From the human T2T-CHM13v2.0 reference genome, Homo sapiens, in assembly GCF_009914755.1 (NCBI RefSeq), contig NC_060931.1: a stretch of DNA of 64,000 nucleotides; one strand, 5' to 3'. A program made the position numbers and the translations under genes. Shown piece by piece: positions 51,924-62,558 of the stretch (the stretch's first letter is position 1; each line of letters opens with the position of its first letter). The notes beneath the pieces are model-generated. The model was not told where the DNA came from. It worked only from the letters and a program-made list of their open reading frames with translations, and searched no databases.

Positions 51924-52522
51924 CTGGAAGGCAGGGGCGCCCCGACTCAGGCCCAGCGCACCAAGCTCAGCGCCAAGGATCGGCCGGGCCAGGTGGCAAA
52001 GCTGGGGCAGGGACGGTGCTGGCTCCCAGCTACTCCCGGGACTGCCCTCCAGTGACACCTGTCCAAGCATGTGCATCAGCCTGGCTCTGGGCTCCCTGTC
52101 CAGGCCCGACTCCGGCTCTGTCCTTACCTTTCTAAGTCTCTGTTTCCCATCTACAAAACGGGAGCGGTGGTGGATACATAATAAACGTTCATTAAGTGAC
52201 AATGATTTTTGTACTCTACATGACATAACAGACACCACCCCAGGAGCCACCGAGATGGAATTATTGTAACGATACAATTAAATCAAAGCACGGGCCCCTC
52301 GGGTGAGGAAACGGATCCTGGCTATGAGACATGTGAATCGAGGCACTGCCTGGAGCCACATGCGGAGGCTGCTGAGTGGGAAAGACCACACCAGAAAGCA
52401 GAGCGGGCAGCACCTGCCGAAGGAGAGAGGCAGGAGAACCTCAACCACAGCATCAGAGAGCAAGCGAGGCTCAAGTGCAGTGCGGGATTCCGAAGTGCGT
52501 CCGACCAAAACTCCAAACGCTA

Positions 52523-52833
52523 CTGAAAGGGTGTCAGCTCTGCATAAAGGGACGCCCCTGAAAGGGTGTCAGCTCTGCATAAAGGGACGCCCCTGAAAGG
52601 GTGTCACCTCTGCATAAAGGGACACCCCTGAAAGGGTGTCGGCTCCGGATAAACGGGAACCCCTGAAAGGGTGTTGGCTCCGGATAAACGGACACCACTG
52701 AAAGGGTGTCAGCTCCGGATAAACGGGAACCCCTGAAAGGGTGTCGCCTCTGGATAAACGGGAACCCTTGAAAGGGTGTCGGCTCTGGATAAAGGGAAAC
52801 CCCTGAAAGGGTGTCAGCTCTGGATAAAGGGAA
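52523..52833. repeat. 35/36-bp minisatellite, about 9 copies
   Basis: ctgaaagggtgtcagctctgcataaagggacgccc. Confidence 0.95.
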
Positions 52834-53852
52834 ATCCTCCCACGTGCACGGATCGCAGGGCGTGGCCTCACTGACATGGTGGCACTCCCCAGACTGACCC
52901 ATGGATTCCACACTGTCTCCCTCGAAATCCCAGTCATCTGTTTTGCAGAAACTGACAAGCTCACCCTGAAATTCACGTGGAAATGAAAGGACCTAGAACA
53001 GCCAAAACAATCCTGGGAAAGAACAAAGTTGGAAAACGCACTTCCCAATTGTAAAACTCAGCCCTTACAGAGGATGGACACATAGACGGACGGAACGGAC
53101 GTGCAGACGGACAGAATGGAGCTGAGTCGAGAGGTCAACCCTCTCACCTACATGCAACAAGAGTCCAGAGGTCAACCCTCAAACTTGGGCGCAACAGGCC
53201 ACCGACAGGGCGCCAAGACGGCCCAAGGCGCAGGAATGGCCCTCTCAACAACAGTGCTGCGACAACCAGAACCAACCAACAGAATGAAGTGGGGCCCCAC
53301 CAAACACCACACACCAAGTGGATGACAGACTCCGGAGACTGATCACCAAACTATAACATTCCCGGGAGAAAACGGGAGGAGGGCTTCGGGAGCGTGGGGC
53401 AGCCCCAGCGTCCTAGGTACAACGTCAAAGCACACACAGCAGCAGCAGCAGCACGAAGATGATCGGGCCTCCCCAAAGGCGAGCTCTGTGCTGCCCACGT
53501 GGGTCCACAGGACGGAAGTGAGGTCCAGGAACAACCCACATGGGTGCGACTTCCGACACGAAGCCAAGAGAACCTCATCAGGGAAAGACAGGCTTTCAAC
53601 AGCGGTGCCGGGACAGCTGGATGGCCACACACACAGGAATGAAGCCGGACCCCTGCCTCACACCATAAAAACTATGTCACAGTGGCTCAAACACCTGAAA
53701 GTAAGAGCTGGGACTATAAAACCCTTGACAGAAAACACAGAATTAAATCTCCACGACCCTGGACTAGGCGATAGTTTCTTAGACATGACACAAAAGCACA
53801 GAAACCAAACAAAAATAGATAAAAGTGGATTTGCTCAAAATTGAAAACTCCT

Positions 53853-54152
53853 GGCCAGGCGCACTGTGGCTCATCACACCTGTAACCCCAACACTTTAGG
53901 AGGTCAAAGCAGGAGGACTGCTTGAGCCCAGAGGTTTGAAAACAGCCTGGGCAATAAAGTGAGGCCCCATCTCTGCAAACACTAAAATTAGCTGGGCATG
54001 GTGGCACGTGCCTATAGTCCCAGCTACACAGGAGGCCAAGGCGGGAGGACCGCTTGAGCCAGGGAGGTTGAGGCTGCAGTGAACCGTTGATTGTGCCACC
54101 GCACTCCAGCCTAGGTGACAGACAGAGCAAGACTCCGTTCCCCACAAAAAAC
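53853..54152 (+). mobile_element. AluJ-like element
   Basis: ggccaggcgcactgtggctc...gcactccagcctaggtgacag. Confidence 0.92.
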
Positions 54153-55052
54153 GGAAAATGCAAACCGAAACAAACGTGAGATACCGTCTCACCCCAGCAG
54201 GATGTCTCTGCTGAGAAACACGGGCCATGAGTGCGGGTGAGGATGGAGACTAGGAACCGTCACTCAGCGCTGGCGGGGACGCAAGCGGGAACTCAAGGTG
54301 GGGCAGCCGCTGGGGAGGGTCTGACAGAGCCTCAGTTAAACACGTGGCCCAGCAACCCCACTCCTAGCCACCTGCTCAAGAGAACCGAAGACACGGCCAC
54401 ACAGATTTGTCCACACACGCTCACAGCAGCACCGTCCGTCAGCAGGGGAGCGGAAGCAGCAGACATGATCTCTGTCCACACAGTGGGGTGCCCTCAGCCA
54501 CGAGGAGGACTTTGATACTGCCTCATGCTACAGCACAGGTGACCCCGGAAAGAGCATGCCCGGGGAAGGAGGCTGGTCACAAGATCATGCACTGTAGGAT
54601 GCCATTTACAGAAAACACCCAAAAGGGCCGCTCTACAGAGGTGACGGCAGGTGAGCAGCTGCGTGGGCTGCGCTGGGAGGAATGAGGAGTGACAGCTGGT
54701 GGGAATGGGGTTCTCTTGGGGGAACCAAAGAAGGTTCTACAATTAAATTATAATGAAAGTTGTACAACCTGTGAACATTCTGAAAACATGGAATTGCACA
54801 CTTTAGATAACACGTACATAAATTCTCTCTCGATAAAGCCGTGAATATATAGAGCATAAACTCATTGTTGTGTAAAAAATAACGCACACACGTTAAACAC
54901 AGGAGAAAAAGGTATGACTGAGCTGGAGACACCGGGGAAGACAACGGGGAAACAGCCCACTCAAACCCAGGTAACGGTTGGACTCGGGCCGAGCCAGTCA
55001 AGGCCCATAGTGGCCTCACTGGTCTCTGGGAACAGGCCATGAGCAGGCCCAT

Positions 55053-55262
55053 GGGGAGTGGGGCGCGGGCTTACCTGGGCGGGAGTGGGGAGTGGGGAGC
55101 GGGGCGCGGGCTTACCCGGGCGGGAGTGGGGAGCGGGGCGTGGGCTTACCCGGGCGGGAGTGGGGAACGGGGCGCGGGCTTACCCGGGTGGGAGTGGGGA
55201 GCGGGGCGCGGGCTTACCCGGGCGGGAGTGGGGAGCAGGGCGTGGGCTTACCCCGGTGGGAG
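55053..55262. repeat. 34-bp G-rich minisatellite x6 spanning the exon 16 donor
   Basis: ggggcgcgggcttacccgggcgggagtggggagc. Confidence 0.96.
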
Positions 55263-55348
55263 CTGGATGTTTTCAGGGTGATGGTAGGTGCACAGATTCA
55301 GAACGGCGTCGATCAGCTGGGTCCTCCCCACCTTCAGCACCTCCACAT
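55252..55348 (-). CDS. INTS1: INTS1 exon 16
   Basis: VEVLKVGRTQLIDAVLNLCTYHHPENIQLPP; GGG|GTAAGC. Confidence 0.94.
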
Positions 55349-55995
55349 CTAAGACCAAGAGCCACACATGGGTTCTGGGGCTGCTCACAGACCATCAGGC
55401 ACAGGCAGCGAGGGAACCGGCCCTGCTCGGGCCGCGTCGGGGTGGGGTGGGGGATGCCGCAGGGTGGGGCGCAGGCCTGAGCAGGAGAGCTGGGGGAAGC
55501 TTGGCTTCTCACTGGGAAACAGGGCACTTTGCTCTCGGGGACACCTGGGCTGGGTCTAGAGAGCAGGCAGGGCTGCCAAGAGAGGGTAGGGAGGTGAGGA
55601 CGGGGGTGTGGCCGGCAGGGTGGGGACCCGCAAGCCCTCGGGGCAGAGCCACGGACGAGGCGCGAGCTGGATTTACAATCATTCTACCTGTCGCCTAAAG
55701 GAGGTGACAGACAGGAAATCTGGCCGTGGCCAAATCACACCGAGAATGCCAATTCCAAAAAATGTGCAAATTCCAAAGAACGGGGCAGTGACTGCACCAT
55801 TGCCAAATACACGCACGCTTCTGAATTCCCAACGGGCAGATGTGGAGAAGGCAGGTCCCGAGCCTCCCGGGGACCCAGGACCCAGCTGAAGCGCAGCTTT
55901 GTGGAGCGCCCCAGAGGTGCGTGCCAGAGCCGGGGTTTCTGCAGGGACGAGGGGAGCAGACCCAGCACAGGCGCCATCCCCTGCAGAAGCCATAC

Positions 55996-56153
55996 CATCC
56001 GCCTGCACGGCAGCCGCCCGCTTCACCAGGTGGTCAGCAAGCTCCATGGCGTCCGCAGGCCCGAGCGGGAGCTCCCGGGACAGCCCGATGACCAGGATGC
56101 GCATCAGCGTGTCCTCCAGAATGGGCACCTCGGAGCACAGACGCAGGAAGAAG
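55996..56153 (-). CDS. INTS1: INTS1 exon 15
   Basis: FFLRLCSEVPILEDTLMRILVIGLSRELPLGPADAMELADHLVKRAAAVQAD. Confidence 0.95.
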
Positions 56154-57057
56154 CTGCGGGGCGGGGGAGGCGTGACTCGGTGTGGGCTGCCCACACCTGC
56201 CAGACCTGAGGGGCCGAGGACAGGCCAGCTTCTCCCTCAGAGCCCACGGGCTGGTGGCAGAGGGCTGCTGCTGCCTCCCACGAGCCTATCCCCTCCAACC
56301 TGAGCCTCCCTTTGCAGGACAGGAGCCCTGGCTCTAAGTCTCGCCTGGACAAGGGGAGAAGGGGAGGCTACCCCCACCCCAAGGCCTTTGGGGCTACACA
56401 CACAGTCACTGGTTCCTACAACCACCACACGGAGACTCTGCCACCCCACAGAGGCCTCTAGATGGTTCTTGTCCTCAAGGAGCTGGGGGCCAGGAGACAG
56501 AGATAACCCCTACACCTCCAAAGCCTGACCGGAAGGCCGCAGTGAAGGTGAACAGAGCGCCCAGGGCACAAGGTGGGGGCAGGGTGAACTGGCAGGAGCC
56601 CCAGGCGGGGCTGGAGGGGAGTGTAGACCAAGAACCCACGGGGTCACCCACGGGGCTTGAAGGGGGACAGAGCTGTGAGGCCAGCCGGCTGGGGAAGGAC
56701 AGTGTGCGGCTGTCTGGACAGAAGCAGGGGCAGACGGTGCATCTGAGACTGTGTGAAGGGCGGCGTGCCCGTGGACGCCCTGGAAGCAACTGGAAGGCGG
56801 GGGTCCGGGGGAGGCTGCGGCTGGGGCTTGGAGTCACGTGGACGCAGACGGCAGCTGAATCCCTACAGTGGCGCTGGGACGCCAGCATGGGAGTGGGAGA
56901 AGGGTGGCACCCAGGATTGTGGAGGAGGAGCAGGATGGTGCTGTGACCATGGGAACAGCCGCCCAACTCCCACTGGCCCTTCCTGCCGCAGCCGGCCCGG
57001 CACCCCGCAGCCCCGCCCAGCCCGGCACACGGGAGCCCCAGGCGGCAGCGCACTCAC

Positions 57058-57135
57058 TTGCGGTCACTCTCGGGTGGCCAGTTGTCCCACTTGTAGTAGG
57101 TCTCCGGCTGCTCTGTGAACAGCACCTTGTGCAGG
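57058..57135 (-). CDS. INTS1: INTS1 exon 14
   Basis: LHKVLFTEQPETYYKWDNWPPESDR. Confidence 0.95.
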
Positions 57136-57522
57136 CTGGGCAGGCAGAGAAGAGCCCTCAGTCATGATGTGGGTGCTCAGGGACCAGCCCCGTTAGTTAC
57201 AGGGAAGGGACCCCGCTCCCACGGGCCCCAGCGCTCAGAGGCCGGGCTGCCTGGTGCCCAAGCTCAGCACCTCCTCACAGCACCACCAAAGAACCCAGGG
57301 ACCACTCACGGGGCTGCCAGGCTGCACAGCGGCCGAACGGGGCTGCCGGGCTGGACAGTGGCCGAGCGCCCTTTACAAAATCGCTGCAGAGAAATGCAGC
57401 CCCAGCCTGGCAGCCCCACCCCAACCAAGGCAGAGGCTCCACGGGAGGCTCCAATGCACAGGGTGACCTGCCTGGAGCCTAACGGCTGCTGCTGTCCGCA
57501 GAGAGGGGACAGACTCCCGTGT

Positions 57523-57675
57523 GGGGGCCTGGCTTGTCCCGGCTTAGTGGGGTGTGGGGCAGGGGCTGTGCGGGGCCTGGCTTGTCCTGGCTCAGTGGGG
57601 TTTGGGGCAGGGGTTGTGCGGGGCCCCGGCTTGTCCCGGCTCAGTGGGGTGTGGGACAGGGGCTGTGCAGGGCCC
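57523..57675. repeat. ~49-bp tandem repeat x3 next to exon 13 donor
   Basis: ggggcctggcttgtcc.ggct.agtggggt.tggggcagggg.tgtgc. Confidence 0.88.
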
Positions 57676-57684
57676 CAGCCGCAC

Positions 57685-57805
57685 CAGTGCACGTAGTCCT
57701 TAGGGGCGAGCTTGCTGATGGAGGGGACCACAGTGTGGAGCCACCAGACGGCATCCCGCTGGATGGCGGCAATCTGGTTCTGGAATGAGCGGAGCACTTC
57801 CAGGT
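57685..57805 (-). CDS. INTS1: INTS1 exon 13
   Basis: LEVLRSFQNQIAAIQRDAVWWLHTVVPSISKLAPKDYVH. Confidence 0.95.
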
Positions 57806-58407
57806 CTGAAACAGACACGCAGCTTAGTGGCCCATCCGAGCCATGGGCCATGAGGGGCTAAGGCACCCCTGGGGGTCCAACTCAATGCTGGCACTTGGGA
57901 GGGGGTAACTCAGGGCACCCCCAGCTTCTGGACGATTCCCAGCTGGAATAACACCCTGGGAGGCATGGAGTGACCCTGACGCGTGCGTGGGTGACTGGAA
58001 TCCTCCTGTTCCGAGTGACTCGCTCCGGTCAATGGCTTAGAGGGCTTCTGCGGCCCAGCCTTCCTGTGAACCCATAATCAAACACCCGGACTGCCCCAAA
58101 CACCACCTCCCCTCCCCACTCCCGCCCGTGGCTGGGGCCACCACGCCTGCAATGCCCCCATGCTGGGCCAGAACTGGAGCACACAAAGGACGCTCATGGG
58201 AACAGGGTCTGAGCCTGCAGCTGGGGTGAGGCCCGGATGGACAGGAATGGGGACGGCAGCTTCCAGGCTCCGTGTCCCCGAGTAGCCGTGCTGCGGGACC
58301 GCTCCTGCCGGGCGCTCAGGGGACAGTGCAGCCTCGGAGAGCCGCCAGCCACCAGCCTGGACCCGAGACCCCCACCAAGCAGGGCCAGGCCACCCCCACA
58401 TCCTTAC

Positions 58408-58516
58408 TCCTCTTTTCTCCTTTGTCCCAGGCGATGCCGGCCTCCTTCACCTGCGCTGTGATGCCCAGCATCATGGACACGGCCAGGACGTCGGTGATGT
58501 GCACCACGAAGCGCTC
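58408..58516 (-). CDS. INTS1: INTS1 exon 12
   Basis: ERFVVHITDVLAVSMMLGITAQVKEAGIAWDKGEKR. Confidence 0.95.
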
Positions 58517-58527
58517 CTGCAGGTGCA

Positions 58528-58708
58528 GCACGGGGTCTGTATCCAGAAGGGACACCCGGGAGCCCCACTCCACACCCACGTGGGCGCGGCACGGGGTCTG
58601 TATCCAGAAGGGACACCCGGGAGCCCCACTCCACACCCACGTGGGCGCGGCACGGGGTCTGTATCCAGAAGGGACACCCGGGAGCCCCACTCCACAAACA
58701 CGTGGGTG
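58528..58708. repeat. 61-bp minisatellite x3 abutting exon 12 acceptor
   Basis: gcacggggtctgtatccagaagggacacccgggagccccactccacacccacgtgggcgcg. Confidence 0.95.
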
Positions 58709-59328
58709 CAGCACGCACACACTTGCACATGCGCACACATACACACACACAAGCAGGGATCCAGAGAGAGAGCCCAGGACCAGTTGGGAGAGGGGCCTGA
58801 CAGGAGGGGCACCAGGGCCGGTGGCCCACAAGGTCCTAGTCTGGCCACAGGAGGGAGGTTCAGTCAACAGAGATCCACAAAGCCCCGTCCGCAAAACAGG
58901 CCACCCCGGCAGGCTGGCTGCGAGTTGGCTGCAGGGACCTGGCATCTCTGTGATCCACCCTCACTGTGCCTTCCAGCGCCAGCTCCCTCCGCAGCCCTCG
59001 AACAGTCTCCAACCCAGCCAGGCAGCCCGCAGCCCCACCCTGCCTCCCTGCTCCCGTGCTCCCCTTGCTGCCGGCAGCAATTCATCCCATCCAGCCTAGG
59101 GGTTGCCAGTTCCCCTGTGCCTGGTCAGCCCCTCATAGGTCCTCACACAGGACAGAGCCTATGCTACCCTCTGGGACGCGTCACGGCAAACAGCCTCACT
59201 CATCCCCGTACCCACGCTCAGCCAGAGCATCCGAAGGGGTGGAGTGTGCATGGGACCCAGGACGAGGGGGACGGCGGCGCGTGGAACCCGCAGTGAGGGA
59301 AAGGCGCCCCAGCGGCGAGGGCTGGCAC

Positions 59329-59505
59329 CTTGAACTCCATCTCCAGGTACTGCGGCTCCTTGCGCTCCTGCATGAGCCCCAGGCAGAAGGCCTGGAAGTT
59401 GATCTCGTGCTTGGTCTGCTTGATGATCTCCCGCAGCAGGGCCCGCGAGGCCCGCAGGTAGTCGTCCTTGTTGGTCAGCAGGTCCTGGAACACCATGGCC
59501 AGGAA
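59329..59505 (-). CDS. INTS1: INTS1 exon 11
   Basis: FLAMVFQDLLTNKDDYLRASRALLREIIKQTKHEINFQAF...LEMEFK. Confidence 0.96.
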
Positions 59506-60122
59506 CTGGGGCAGAGAGAGGCCGCGTGGGAGGCTGCCCGACAGTGCTGTCCCTGTCACAGGCCCCTTCCCGCAGCACCAACAGGTATGGCGCCCGAGGG
59601 CGCTGCAGTGGGTCTCAGACAGTGTGGGGCGCGGGGTGGCGGGCTCCTTGCTCTACTGGCTGCCAGCCCTTGGCGAGCAGGGATCACATCTGATTCCCCT
59701 CTCTGAGAACCGGCAGGTGGGGAGTCGGTCCTCGTGAAATGAGGAGGATTAATTAACGGAAGCTGGGGGTGCGGGACACCAGGCAGCAAAGCCATAGAAG
59801 CGCGTGTGCCATCTCAGCCCACCCGTGCGCCACGGGCTGAACGGAAACCAAAGGCCACCACCCAAGATCTGAAAGGATCTGAAAGGACGCACTCCTGTCT
59901 CAAAATGCCAGGCCGCGAAGACTGAACGCGGAGCTGAGAGCGGCTGTGCCTCCCTCGTGTTTCACACGCCACAGAGCCCACCGGGAGGCCTAACGCGCTG
60001 GTGGCGATGGGAGCATCTCCCGAGCCCGCTTCAAAGGAGACACGGAAATCCAAGGGTCCTACAGCCAGGGCTACAGGGACCCCTGCTTAACCGAGGGACC
60101 CAATGCACAGGAGGCGGGTCTG

Positions 60123-60258
60123 GGCCAGGCACAGGGGCTCATGCCTGTCATCCCAGCACTTTGGGAGGTTGAGGCAGGAGGATCGCTTGAGCCCAGGAGT
60201 TTGAGACCAGCCTGGGCCACATAATAAGACCCGGTCTCTACAAAAAATTTTAAAAACT
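60123..60258 (+). mobile_element. Alu monomer (FLAM-like)
   Basis: ggccaggcacaggggctcatgcctgtcatcccagcactttgggagg. Confidence 0.88.
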
Positions 60259-60603
60259 ATCTTACTATCCAAAGGCAGGAATGAGCTTGAAAAATAAAAA
60301 CAGAAGGCAACAGGTCTGGGTCTTAGCTCAGAAACCTGGGTGGCTTTTAAGACTCAATGTGGCTCCCTCCTAAATGGACAGAGTGTCAGTTTCTGAGAAA
60401 GACGCTGGGCGCTGTGGCTGCACCCACTCTAGAAACGGCTCAACCTCATGCCCACGTGAGTTTCAAAAGCTCCTTCCCGAGACCGAGGAGCATTCTCCCA
60501 CGAAGCACTGCCAATCCACCGGCCTCCCCAGACGCCACGTGCCCCTCCAGCCCAGAGCCCCATATTCCGGCGTGGAGGGCAAGGCCAGGGACCCTGGGCC
60601 TAC

Positions 60604-60745
60604 CTTGGGCGCCAGCTCTGAGCTGTGCTGCAGTGCGGTATAGAGGACCTGCATGTTGTTCGGGTTCCGGGCGCTGGAGAGCTCATTGAAGATCACCAAC
60701 TTGATGGTGGTGCCCAGGTTGTCCTTGTGCGCGCTCAGCAGCTCC
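60604..60745 (-). CDS. INTS1: INTS1 exon 10
   Basis: ELLSAHKDNLGTTIKLVIFNELSSARNPNNMQVLYTALQHSSELAPK. Confidence 0.96.
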
Positions 60746-60898
60746 CTGGGTGAGGTGAGGGTACAGACCCTGTCCCCGCTACGCCTGTGCCCCCACTCCG
60801 CCTGTGCCCCCACTCCGCCCGCACCCCCGCTCCGCCCACACCCCCACCCACACCCCCACTCCACCCGCACCCCCGCTCTGCCCCGGCTCGCCACGCAC

Positions 60899-61044
60899 CT
60901 GATGCACAGCATGAAGTGGTTGAGGAGGACCTTGGGCTTGAGGCGGATCTTGATCAGGTGTGAGATGACGTCCATGTCTTCGGAACCGTGCGTGTTGCAG
61001 TTCATGCAGACGGACATCAGCAGGTCCTGGGCCGGCCGGGTCAG
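60899..61044 (-). CDS. INTS1: INTS1 exon 9
   Basis: LTRPAQDLLMSVCMNCNTHGSEDMDVISHLIKIRLKPKVLLNHFMLCIR. Confidence 0.96.
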
Positions 61045-61166
61045 CTGCGGGGCCGAGGAGGGAGCAGTGGGCTCACGGCCACCCCGGCAGGAAGGCCACG
61101 CTGTGGGGCCACACAGAGCCTGCCCCCACCCCCTGCCCCGCCCACCCCCCAGGGGCGCCCCCGCAC

Positions 61167-61353
61167 CTTAGGGTTCTGCAGCCACATCTCCAGCTTCTGC
61201 ACCGCCAGCAGCCGCACCTCCTTATAGCCGCAGGTGGAGGTGAGGAGCCGCAGGAGGTTCCTGGAGACGTTGTCGATGGGCTGGCGCCGGTTCAGCTGGT
61301 CCCGCAGCATGTCCAGGACATACTCCTCCACGCTCTCCGCGAGCTCTTCGTAC
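61167..61353 (-). CDS. INTS1: INTS1 exon 8
   Basis: YEELAESVEEYVLDMLRDQLNRRQPIDNVSRNLL...WLQNPK. Confidence 0.96.
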
Positions 61354-61446
61354 CTAGGCCAGAGGAGGGAGCGAGGAGGGAGGAAGGTGGCCCCGAGGCG
61401 CCCGCCCCCGCCGCCCCCAACTGGGACCGGGCGGGCACGCAGCTAC

Positions 61447-61552
61447 CTGGGCATGAGCTGGCCCTCCTGCTCGGGGCTCAGCTTCTCCTCCGCGATCAGC
61501 AACTCCGTCTGGCTGTCCTCCTCCTCCGTGAGGGAGGGGTGTGGGCTGCTCC
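61447..61552 (-). CDS. INTS1: INTS1 exon 7
   Basis: SSPHPSLTEEEDSQTELLIAEEKLSPEQEGQLMPR. Confidence 0.94.
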
Positions 61553-61664
61553 CTGCAAACCAAGGAGAGGGCTCCATGCAGCGCCTCCCACCCGCCCATC
61601 CTCCCACCCCTCCCCTGCCCTGGGGCTTGGACACCCGCCCTCTCTGGCTGGCCGTGTGTCTCAC

Positions 61665-61824
61665 CTGCACCCAGGTCGCCCGCAACGCGGCCCGCCTCCC
61701 CCTGCAGCAGCACGCTCCTGGGGGGCATTCTGGTGTTGAAGGCCGTCTGGATGTTGTCCACAAACGTCTTACAGTGAGGGCTGTCCACCCAGATCCGCTC
61801 CCCCAGGGAGTCCTCGATGTACAC
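61665..61824 (-). CDS. INTS1: INTS1 exon 6
   Basis: VYIEDSLGERIWVDSPHCKTFVDNIQTAFNTRMPP...GDLGA. Confidence 0.96.
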
Positions 61825-62075
61825 CTGTGTGGCAGCCACACCCTCAGCCCCGAGCCCAGCCGGGCAGCAGCCAGGTTGGGGAACACCCGCCTGCTGCCCG
61901 GGGACTGGGTGCCCAGGCGGCCCTCTCCAGCTTCTGGGTGCAGCAGGGACCGTGCCATCACCACCAGGGCTGTCAGACACAGCCCTCTGGAGAGAACACA
62001 CTTCTGCTTTTCTCTCGCCCCTGCCCCACCCCGTGGCGCTCTGCCATCTTCACCGTCCCGGGAGAGGACGCTCAC

Positions 62076-62213
62076 CTTGACAAAGATCTCGGGCCAGTTC
62101 TCGTCCTCCTCGTAGGCGGCCATGAGGAGGTTACAGGCCAGCACAGACACCAGGCTGTTCCCCTTGGCCTTGAAGTTGATGGAGGCGTCCCGCCGCAGGA
62201 GGCTACACAGAGC
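62076..62213 (-). CDS. INTS1: INTS1 exon 5
   Basis: ALCSLLRRDASINFKAKGNSLVSVLACNLLMAAYEEDENWPEIFVK. Confidence 0.96.
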
Positions 62214-62361
62214 CTGCCAGGGAGGGCGCATGTCACGTGGGAGCTTCGCTGGCCCCAGAGGCAAAGCTGGGGTGGGCCGGGAGGGACACTTAAGGGGGAG
62301 GTGAGGAGGGGAGCCAAGGGCCCCAGCGCTGCTCGCCTCCTGCCAGGGGCCCGGTTCAAAC

Positions 62362-62558
62362 CTCAATGACGCCCTCAGTGGCGAAGATGTTGGGCTTGAT
62401 CTTGGCCAGGTACATGAGGCTCAGGTAGAGGGTGCTGTCAGGCTTGGCGCGGGTGACCTTCAGCTGCTTCACGGCCCCGCACAGCACGCCCTCGATCCTG
62501 TCATCGTTGCCCTCCAGCTCGGCCGCCTCGATCTCATCCAGCAGCACCGTGGGCAGCA
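62362..62558 (-). CDS. INTS1: INTS1 exon 4
   Basis: LPTVLLDEIEAAELEGNDDRIEGVLCGAVKQLKV...ATEGVIE. Confidence 0.95.

Larger units (their letters stand above)
52200..54850 (+). mobile_element. Old L1 (L1M-type) ORF2/3' UTR fragments, interrupted by a VNTR and an Alu
   Basis: gaaactgacaagctcaccctgaaattcac.tggaaat..acctagaacagccaaaacaatc; ctaggcgatagtttcttagacatgacacaaaagcaca; gaattgcacacttta. Confidence 0.8.
32409..62558 (-). other. INTS1: INTS1 (Integrator complex subunit 1) gene span, exons 4-48 plus 3' UTR; 5' part outside window
   Basis: 45 phase-consistent exons total 6224 coding nt ending ...RILHMEAVM*; matches recalled INTS1; exon numbers assume the 48-exon model; 3' end is inferred. 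Confidence 0.96.

Noticed and set aside
52523-52833. CRISPR-like array of ~35-bp repeats
   Set aside because: Head-to-tail units without unique spacers, in human intronic L1 context, no cas genes
61234-62115. Long plus-strand ORFs overlapping INTS1 exons (also 39694-40680 and 44323-45357)
   Set aside because: Antisense shadows of GC-rich coding exons and introns
32709-62558. U12-type introns, frameshifts or an inserted foreign segment in INTS1
   Set aside because: All traced introns are GT-AG except one GC-AG; no RTATCCTT donors; phases join with no internal stop seen
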